From: Patescibacteria group bacterium
GTDB lineage: Bacteria; Patescibacteriota; Microgenomatia; UBA1400; PJMF01
Direction of reading: 5' to 3'
Length of the DNA: 45,530 nucleotides
NCBI GenBank assembly: GCA_018813375.1
Contig: JAHJBU010000003.1
Coordinates: 1-45,530 of the forward strand
Shown here: in pieces, positions 36,259 through 42,733 of the stretch
Numbering within the stretch: the stretch's first letter is position 1
How the letters are laid out: each line of letters opens with the position of its first letter
Program-made: the position numbers and the translations under genes
The notes under the pieces: generated by a model
Database searches by the model: none
What the model was told of the DNA's origin: nothing
What the model saw: the letters and a program-made list of their open reading frames with translations, nothing else

Positions 36259-37331
36259 ATCAATTAGTTTTATCTCTCTCTACCTGGTTAACTTCATCGA
36301 TTCTTATTTTAACTTTACTTGGCCTACTATTTGTTTTTGATGCTTCAGTGGCAGAAGCTTTTAATACTTTTGGCAATCAATATCATTTTCTCAAACAGCA
36401 TCTAGTTTGGACAGGACTGGGGTTAATAATTATGACGCTGGCTAGATTTATTCCGCTCTCTCTTTGGAAAAAAACATCTAAATTTATCTATGTTTTTGGC
36501 CTATTAACCTTACTTCTGGTTTTTATTCCTGGGGTTGGCAGAGAGTTCAACGGTGCTCATCGCTGGATATTTTTTGGTGATTTCAGATTTCAACCAGTTG
36601 AGTCATTTAAATTAATTACAATAATTTTTTTTGCTAAATGGATGAGTGAACATCAAAAACTATTGCCTTTTCTATTTACTACCGGACTACCAGCTTTGTT
36701 AATATTACTCCAGCCTGATCTAGGCTCATTGTTAGTTATTGGTAGCATCGCCTTTGGAATGTTTTTTTTAGCAGGTGGAAAGCTTCCTCATATTTTAGGA
36801 ATTTTAGGAATTGCAATTCTTATCCTTACTATTGCCATACTAAGCTCCAGCTATAGAAAAGAAAGACTAACAACCTTTCTTAACCCCCAAGCTGATCCAT
36901 TAGGAGCTGGGTTTCATATTAGACAAATTACTCTTGCTCTTGGCCAAGGAGGTTGGTTTGGCCAAGGAATTAGTAATTCAAAACAAAAATTTTCCTACAT
37001 CCCAGAAGCAAGTACAGATTCTATTTTTGCCATCATTGCAGAAGAAATTGGCTTTATTGGTTCTACTGCAATTCTAACTCTATTTACCCTTTATTTTTAT
37101 TTTGCAGCTAAAACTGTTAGTCTAGCCACAAATGAATTTAGCCAATTACTGGGATGGGGAATAATTATCTGGATAGCATCTCAAACCTTGTTAAATCTAG
37201 CTGCGGTGGTTGCTCTAGTGCCATTAACTGGCTTGCCACTGCCTTTTTTATCTTACGGCGGCTCTTCTCTAGTGATGATTCTATTAGCCAATGGCATTCT
37301 TCTTCGCATTGGCAAAGAGTATAATAAATAG
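36246..37331 (+). CDS. ftsW: SEDS-family peptidoglycan glycosyltransferase FtsW
   Basis: Polytopic protein with QPDLGS, PEASTDSIFAII and PLPFLSYGGSS motifs; located between mraY and murG. Confidence 0.85.
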   Translation: MGKKNQLVLSLSTWLTSSILILTLLGLLFVFDASVAEAFNTFGNQYHFLKQHLVWTGLGLIIMTLARFIPLSLWKKTSKFIYVFGLLTLLLVFIPGVGREFNGAHRWIFFGDFRFQPVESFKLITIIFFAKWMSEHQKLLPFLFTTGLPALLILLQPDLGSLLVIGSIAFGMFFLAGGKLPHILGILGIAILILTIAILSSSYRKERLTTFLNPQADPLGAGFHIRQITLALGQGGWFGQGISNSKQKFSYIPEASTDSIFAIIAEEIGFIGSTAILTLFTLYFYFAAKTVSLATNEFSQLLGWGIIIWIASQTLLNLAAVVALVPLTGLPLPFLSYGGSSLVMILLANGILLRIGKEYNK

Positions 37332-37334
37332 ATA

Positions 37335-38456
37335 ATGAAAATCATCATTTCTGGCGGACACCTCACACCAGCCCTAGCCTTCATAGATTTTATTAAAAAA
37401 AATTATCCACGAGATGAAATAATATTTGTAGGAAGAATCTTTAGCCAAACAAAACTCCAGCAATTCGCTCAAGAAAAAAAAGAAGTTTCTCAAAAAGGAG
37501 TTAGATTTATTCCTCTAAAGGCTATCAGGATCTCAAAGACACGATCTTTTATTCAAAAGCTTACTACTTTAGCAATATTTTTCAAGTCAGTCCTAGCATC
37601 ATGGTTAATTTTCATTAAAGAAAAACCAACTATTTTAATTTCATTTGGGGGTTATCTAGCTATTCCTTTAACAATTGCCGCTAAATTAACCAAAACTCCC
37701 ATCATCACTCATGAACAAACTCACTGCGCTGGCATTGCTAATCAATTAATAGCCAGGTTTGCACAAAAGGTAGCCATTTCACACCCGTCATCAGCAAAAT
37801 ACTTTCCTTTAAACAAAACTGTTTTGACAGGCAATCTAATTAGACCCGAGCTTCTGAAAAAAACTACTAAAAAACCTAAGTGGATAAACCAAGCTCTTTT
37901 AAAACCAATCTTGCTAATCACTGGTGGCAACCAAGGCTCATGGATTATTAACCAAACTATTAAAGAATCATTAATTGAGCTGACTAAAGATTGGACAGTG
38001 ATCCATCTCTGCGGTCAAGCAAGCTCTAAAAGAGATTATAAAAAAGAACTAAGCTTAGCTATTAAAAAATTACCAATTACCCAACAAAAAAATTACTATG
38101 TAGTTGAGTGGGCAAATGCAGAAGATATAGCTTGGGTTTACAATCACGCCCAAGTAGCTATCTCAAGAGCAGGAGCTAATACCACAATGGAGCTAACCAT
38201 TAAAAAAATTCCGACAATATTTATACCCCTGCCTTTCTCTCATCATGATGAGCAAAACAAGAATGCTCAATTCTTAGTTAATCAAAGAGCAGCAGAATTG
38301 ATTCCTCAGAAACAACTATCATCAAATACTTTAATTAAAAAACTTAAGCAAATTAAGGATAGACGATTAAAAATTATTAGTAATTTAAACCAAATCAAAA
38401 TTCCAACTAATGCCCCAAAACTGCTTTATCAACTGACCATGGAAGTCTCTTCGTGA
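37335..38456 (+). CDS. murG: UDP-GlcNAc:lipid I N-acetylglucosaminyltransferase MurG
   Basis: MKIIISGGHLTPALA ... ITGGNQGS ... SRAGANTTMEL. Confidence 0.8.
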   Translation: MKIIISGGHLTPALAFIDFIKKNYPRDEIIFVGRIFSQTKLQQFAQEKKEVSQKGVRFIPLKAIRISKTRSFIQKLTTLAIFFKSVLASWLIFIKEKPTILISFGGYLAIPLTIAAKLTKTPIITHEQTHCAGIANQLIARFAQKVAISHPSSAKYFPLNKTVLTGNLIRPELLKKTTKKPKWINQALLKPILLITGGNQGSWIINQTIKESLIELTKDWTVIHLCGQASSKRDYKKELSLAIKKLPITQQKNYYVVEWANAEDIAWVYNHAQVAISRAGANTTMELTIKKIPTIFIPLPFSHHDEQNKNAQFLVNQRAAELIPQKQLSSNTLIKKLKQIKDRRLKIISNLNQIKIPTNAPKLLYQLTMEVSS

Positions 38457-39169
38457 AGCGTGAACTAATTGTCTTTTTTAGCGTTTTATTAATCACAGGA
38501 GTGGTTGCTGTTACTAGTTTAGTGCCCTGGCCAATAATAAAAATCAATCACATTGAGTGTAAGCTGGATAATAATTCTTGCTCTAATGAATTAATAGACA
38601 AACTAAGTCTTCTCAGGGATAAATCCTTTTTATTTACTAACATCGAAAATCAAATTTTAAATCTTAATTTAGATTTTTATCAACTTAAAAACATTAAAAA
38701 AACATGGCCAGATAAAATTGAGCTTTTGTTTTCTAGTAAAGATAGCAGTTACATACTCAAACTAGAACCCAGTCAGCAAATAAACTTAGTAGCAGAAAAT
38801 GGACTGATTTATCCAGAAAAAAATAATGACTCAGTTGTTCAAATTACTCTTAAAAACTGGCCAGAAGCTATTACTGAAAATAAAATTAATCAAACCCTAC
38901 ATGGATTAATTACTAGTCTCATTAGGCAACTAAATGAATATGACATAAAAATTAATGAGATTATTATTCACGACCACAACCATATTGAAATCATTTTAAA
39001 TAATAAACTTATTGTTCTTGCGCAAGAATCTCAGCTAGATCAACAAATTGCCAAACTAGCAGTGATTCTAGAAAAACTCAATTTCTCTGAAATTGATCTA
39101 GATATCAAAGAGATTGATTTACGTTTTAAATTTCCAGTACTTCGTACTAATTTATCACCTTCATCATGA
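38453..39169 (+). CDS. ftsQ: FtsQ/DivIB-like bitopic division protein
   Basis: The GTG start overlaps the murG stop (GTGA). One N-terminal TM segment, then an extracytoplasmic domain. The call rests mainly on position between murG and ftsA. Confidence 0.5.
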   Translation: MKRELIVFFSVLLITGVVAVTSLVPWPIIKINHIECKLDNNSCSNELIDKLSLLRDKSFLFTNIENQILNLNLDFYQLKNIKKTWPDKIELLFSSKDSSYILKLEPSQQINLVAENGLIYPEKNNDSVVQITLKNWPEAITENKINQTLHGLITSLIRQLNEYDIKINEIIIHDHNHIEIILNNKLIVLAQESQLDQQIAKLAVILEKLNFSEIDLDIKEIDLRFKFPVLRTNLSPSS

Positions 39170-39190
39170 GTAGGGTATCCATAGATTTTA

Positions 39191-39214
39191 TGTAATTGGG
39201 TGTGTAATTGGGTA
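39191..39214. repeat. 12-bp tandem direct repeat TGTAATTGGGT(G/A) x2 in the ftsQ-ftsA spacer
   Basis: Copies at 39191-39202 and 39203-39214 differ only at the last base. They lie 36 nt upstream of the ftsA ATG. Confidence 0.85.
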
Positions 39215-39249
39215 GTTAAAAAAGTAATAATTCTGCTATTATCAAATAT

Positions 39250-40560
39250 ATGCCTCGCTCCCAAGTGATTACCGCCATTGACCTAGGAACTGATAAATGC
39301 ACTACGCTTATTGCCACCCTAGATAAAGAAACAAATCAACTTCATGTTAAGGGAGTTTCCGCTGTTCCATCTCGTGGGGTTCGTAAAAGCCAGATAGTTG
39401 ATTTAGAAAAAGCTATCACAACCATGACTGAAAGCCTAGATGCTGCTGAAAGAATGGCTGGATTTGATGTAAAAAGCGCCTATGTTTCTGTTTCTGGAAC
39501 TCATATTAAATCACAAAACTCAAAGGGTGTAGTGGCTGTAGCTGCCCCTAACCAAGAAATTGTTTCCCAAGATGTGGAGCGAGTTATTGAAGCAGCCCGT
39601 GCCATTTCACTTCCTGCGGACAGATCTGTTATCCACGTCATTCCTCGTGATTTTAAAGTTGATTCACAAGAAGGCATTAAAGACCCAGTTGGCATGAATG
39701 GAGTAAGACTAGAGTCTGAAGCACACATCATAACTGGCATGACCACTGCTTTAAAAAACCTTGAAAAGTGTGTTCAAGATTTAGGGCTAAGCGTAGATGG
39801 CTTTGTGTTTTCCGGCTTATCAGCATCAGAGGTGGTGGTTTCAGAAACTGAGCGTGAATTAGGGGTAGTAGTCGTTGATATTGGAGCTGGATCAACATCA
39901 CTATGTGTCTTTGTAGAAGGCACTCTAGAACTATCTGCTTCACTACCAATTGGAGCACGTCACATCACTCAGGATATTGCATTAGGATGCAGAGTTAGTC
40001 TTGAAGCTGCTGAAAAAATAAAATTTGGTCTTACTAGTAACGATCCTAAAGAAATGAAGCCTCGACCAGGAGAAAACAAAGAAGAATTTACTAAGCGTAG
40101 AAAACTAGCTGATGTGATAGACCCAACAGAACTAGGAATCAATGATCCAATGGAAAATTTATCTAAGAAAAAAATTATTGAGGGCATCATGGTTCCACGC
40201 ATGAAAGAAATTTTTACTATGGTTGGTAAAAAACTTGAACACAAAAATCTAATTCCAGTTATCCCAGCTGGAGTGATTATTTCAGGTGGAGGCGCTGAAA
40301 CTGTAGGAATTCAAGAAATAGCCAGAAGAACTCTTAACTTACCTGCCAGGATTGGCATGCCTAAAGAAATAAAAGGCTTAACCATGGACATTCATAACCC
40401 TTCATTTGTAAATAGCATTGGACTTTTGGAATATGGTCGTCAGCGTGCTGGAAAATCATCTGCTAGATCTGGTATCCAACTTGGGTCATTTTTCAAATCT
40501 GTCTTTGGAAAAAAATTCAGTGAAGCTATTAGCTCATTCTTCAAATCACTCATGCCGTAG
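39250..40560 (+). CDS. ftsA: Cell division protein FtsA (actin-like ATPase)
   Basis: VITAIDLGTDKCTTLIA ... VVVDIGAGSTSL ... GGGAETVGI, with a C-terminal amphipathic helix FFKSVFGKKFSEAISSFFKSL. Confidence 0.9.
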   Translation: MPRSQVITAIDLGTDKCTTLIATLDKETNQLHVKGVSAVPSRGVRKSQIVDLEKAITTMTESLDAAERMAGFDVKSAYVSVSGTHIKSQNSKGVVAVAAPNQEIVSQDVERVIEAARAISLPADRSVIHVIPRDFKVDSQEGIKDPVGMNGVRLESEAHIITGMTTALKNLEKCVQDLGLSVDGFVFSGLSASEVVVSETERELGVVVVDIGAGSTSLCVFVEGTLELSASLPIGARHITQDIALGCRVSLEAAEKIKFGLTSNDPKEMKPRPGENKEEFTKRRKLADVIDPTELGINDPMENLSKKKIIEGIMVPRMKEIFTMVGKKLEHKNLIPVIPAGVIISGGGAETVGIQEIARRTLNLPARIGMPKEIKGLTMDIHNPSFVNSIGLLEYGRQRAGKSSARSGIQLGSFFKSVFGKKFSEAISSFFKSLMP

Positions 40561-40580
40561 CATATAATATATGATACACT

Positions 40581-40608
40581 TTGACTAATTTAAATTTGTA
40601 ACTAAAAT
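40581..40608 (+). promoter_or_regulatory. Sigma-70-like promoter candidate for ftsZ
   Basis: TTGACT 40581-40586, 16-nt spacer, TAAAAT 40603-40608; ftsZ ATG at 40623. Confidence 0.5.
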
Positions 40609-40622
40609 CAAATTCAATACTT

Positions 40623-41879
40623 ATGGCTCTTGTTAAACCTTCTAATACTACTTTCGCTAAAATCAAAGTTTTGGGAGTGGGTGGTGGTGGAGGCAACGCA
40701 GTGAACTCAATGATTGACTCTGGTCAAATTGAAGGTGTTGAGTTTATCTCTATTAACACTGATGCTCAAGCCCTACTAACTTCTAAAGCTGAAACTAAAC
40801 TTCAAATTGGTCAAAACTTTACCAAAGGCCTTGGCTCTGGCGCTGATCCTGAAGTTGGCAGAGTAGCAGCTGATGAAAGCAAAGAAAAAATTAAAGACAT
40901 GCTTTTTGATTCAGATATGGTTTTTATTACTGCTGGCATGGGCGGTGGTACTGGCACTGGCGCATCTCCTGTAATCGCTGATATCGCCAAAGATGCTGGT
41001 GCATTGACTGTAGCTGTGGTGACCAAACCATTTGCGTTTGAAGGCGTTCATCGCATGAGAACTTCAGAAGAAGGAATTGAGGAATTGCGAGAGAAAGTTG
41101 ATACTCTAATAGTCATTCCCAATCAACGCCTAATGGAAGTAGTTGATAAAAAGATGACTTTACTTGATGCCTTTAGATTGGCTGATAATATCTTAGGCCA
41201 AGGTGTTCAAGGCATCTCAGACCTAATTACTGTACCTGGATTAATTAACGTTGACTTTGCTGATGTTAAAACCATTATGACAGAATCAGGATCTGCTCTA
41301 ATGGGCATTGGTGAAGCCAGTGGAGAAAACCGAGCTGCCACTGCTGCCAGAATGGCAATTTCTTCACCGCTTTTAGAAATCTCTATTGATGGAGCTAAGG
41401 GAATTCTTTACAACATTATTGGCGGTGAAGACATGACTATGAGTGAGGTTTCTGATGCTTCTGCCATTATTGCTAATGCTGCTGATGATGATGCTAATAT
41501 TATTTTTGGGGCTACTATTAATAAAAATATGGGTACTAATATTAAAATTAGTGTAATTGCAACTGGCTTTGATGGTTATCAATACAACACTCGTAATGTG
41601 TTTGGAGCCTACGGTCAACGGTCTCGAGATAAAATTCAAACAGAACCGGTAAAAGAAGTAGACTTGGTGCCTAAAATAGATCGAGCTCCGAGTGGCTGGA
41701 CTCAACCTCAAACTAACTCGCAAATCACTAACTCAAAACCATTTAGCAAAAAAAATAACCCTATAGATGATGCTGAAAATATAAAAAAGTCTGACACAGA
41801 TGACAAAAATGATATAATGGTAGAAGAGAACGAATTCGAAGATGAATTCGAAATTCCTGCATTTTTAAGGCAGAAGTAA
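40623..41879 (+). CDS. ftsZ: Cell division GTPase FtsZ
   Basis: [18 protein letters not shown], the tubulin signature [17 protein letters not shown], and a long variable linker ending in the conserved C-terminal peptide [12 protein letters not shown]. Confidence 0.95.
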   Translation: MALVKPSNTTFAKIKVLGVGGGGGNAVNSMIDSGQIEGVEFISINTDAQALLTSKAETKLQIGQNFTKGLGSGADPEVGRVAADESKEKIKDMLFDSDMVFITAGMGGGTGTGASPVIADIAKDAGALTVAVVTKPFAFEGVHRMRTSEEGIEELREKVDTLIVIPNQRLMEVVDKKMTLLDAFRLADNILGQGVQGISDLITVPGLINVDFADVKTIMTESGSALMGIGEASGENRAATAARMAISSPLLEISIDGAKGILYNIIGGEDMTMSEVSDASAIIANAADDDANIIFGATINKNMGTNIKISVIATGFDGYQYNTRNVFGAYGQRSRDKIQTEPVKEVDLVPKIDRAPSGWTQPQTNSQITNSKPFSKKNNPIDDAENIKKSDTDDKNDIMVEENEFEDEFEIPAFLRQK

Positions 41880-41891
41880 AAAGGAGGTTAA

Positions 41892-42101
41892 ATGCTTGAT
41901 AGAAGAATTCCAAAGGATAAAAGAGGTCTTAGTCCCATTGGCTATCGTGGATCAGGCAAAGAACAAAAAACCCATTACTATAGCGATATGCATCCTAATT
42001 ATTGGAATTTTCTAGGTCAAGCATGGCAGGCAGAAGCAAGTAGAGCACTAGAGGGAGCCTCTCCCGATAATGAAAACGAGCTATCACCTAGAAGAGAATA
42101 A
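41892..42101 (+). CDS. 69-aa hypothetical protein immediately downstream of ftsZ
   Basis: Strong SD (AAGGAGG 41881-41887) 4-5 nt before the ATG at 41892. The protein is hydrophilic and Trp/Tyr-containing (HYYSDMHPNYWNFLGQAWQAEA), with no recognisable family. Confidence 0.55.
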   Translation: MLDRRIPKDKRGLSPIGYRGSGKEQKTHYYSDMHPNYWNFLGQAWQAEASRALEGASPDNENELSPRRE

Positions 42102-42130
42102 TAATATTTTTAATTACTTATTTGTTAGCG

Positions 42131-42176
42131 CAAAGTAGAAACGTCCCTTTTTGTCCAAAGTAGAAATATCCCCTTT
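42131..42176. repeat. Direct repeat, 2 copies of CAAAGTAGAAA-n3/4-CCC(C)TTT (period 25 bp)
   Basis: CAAAGTAGAAACGTCCCTTT at 42131-42150 and CAAAGTAGAAATATCCCCTTT at 42156-42176. Confidence 0.8.
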
Positions 42177-42316
42177 CGGGTAATTTCAATTAATAGCCTA
42201 ATTTTTTCCTTTCTGTAATCAAAACAGGATGTTGTTAGAATCCTGTCTGGTTTAGGCAAAATAAGGTAGGTAGTTTCTCGAATAATTTGTTTATCTTAGC
42301 GTGACACTTTTAATTT

Positions 42317-42352
42317 TGATGATTTTACATCAAATATGATGAGATTGCATCA
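42317..42352 (+). promoter_or_regulatory. Second copy of the paired palindromes TGATG-N6-CATCA x2 (20-bp phasing)
   Basis: TGATGattttaCATCA 42317-42332 and TGATGagattgCATCA 42337-42352. It has the same orientation and phasing as 2398-2433. The companion box AACTGTTCTGAATTTGGA lies at 42509-42526. Confidence 0.5.
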
Positions 42353-42393
42353 AAACTAACCAGAGTAATTTTGGTGTATATAATTTGTTGGCT

Positions 42394-42485
42394 GGTAAGA
42401 TAATTACTTGCCTGGTGTATCCACTTAAGATACACCTACTTCCTGCACCCTTGGTAAATATATCTAAAGGATATGTTTTTCAAGG
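42394..42485 (+). other. Block of three consecutive stable hairpins inside the long ileS upstream region; candidate structured leader RNA or small RNA
   Basis: H1: GGTAAG 42394-42399 / CTTGCC 42407-42412. H2: GGTGTATC 42414-42421 / GATACACC 42429-42436. H3: CCTTG 42449-42453 + AAATATATC 42456-42464 / GATATGTTT 42470-42478 + CAAGG 42481-42485. Confidence 0.45.
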
Positions 42486-42733
42486 ACCACTAAGTCAATG
42501 ATAATAAAAACTGTTCTGAATTTGGAACTAAGGTTAAAAAAATAAATCTATCGAAATTGAGAAAGTTAGGAAATAAATAGTTTCAAACTCAGAGTATTTA
42601 ACCCCTCCTAACAAATTACCCAAAATCTGTAGGTGGGTCAGAAATTTCCCAATTTGTTAAAAAATCGTCTTTCATTTACAATAACAGTTATCTAAAGTCG
42701 CTCTAGCCTGGCTATAGTCAAGTAAGTTTTTTT

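Noticed and set aside
42371-42390. dif/XerCD site (TGTATATAATTTGTT resembles the TGTATA central region of dif)
   Set aside because: The flanking arms do not match the conserved XerD arm TTATGTNAANT or any XerC arm, so the resemblance is limited to an AT-rich hexamer.
2398-42526. The shared module at both ends of a ~40-kb segment as attL/attR of an integrated element
   Set aside because: The intervening DNA is core housekeeping (ruvCAB, recO, glyQS, the whole dcw cluster). There is no integrase, transposase or phage gene. Similarity is concentrated in the palindromic half-sites rather than in a continuous att core.
42337-42733. T-box riboswitch upstream of ileS
   Set aside because: GAUGAG (K-turn-like) and AGAGUA are present, but with the wrong spacing. 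I found no specifier loop presenting an Ile codon. The only T-box-like string is GGUGGGUCAG rather than the conserved GGUGGUACCGCG-type sequence, and there is no strong terminator. I report it as an unknown leader instead.
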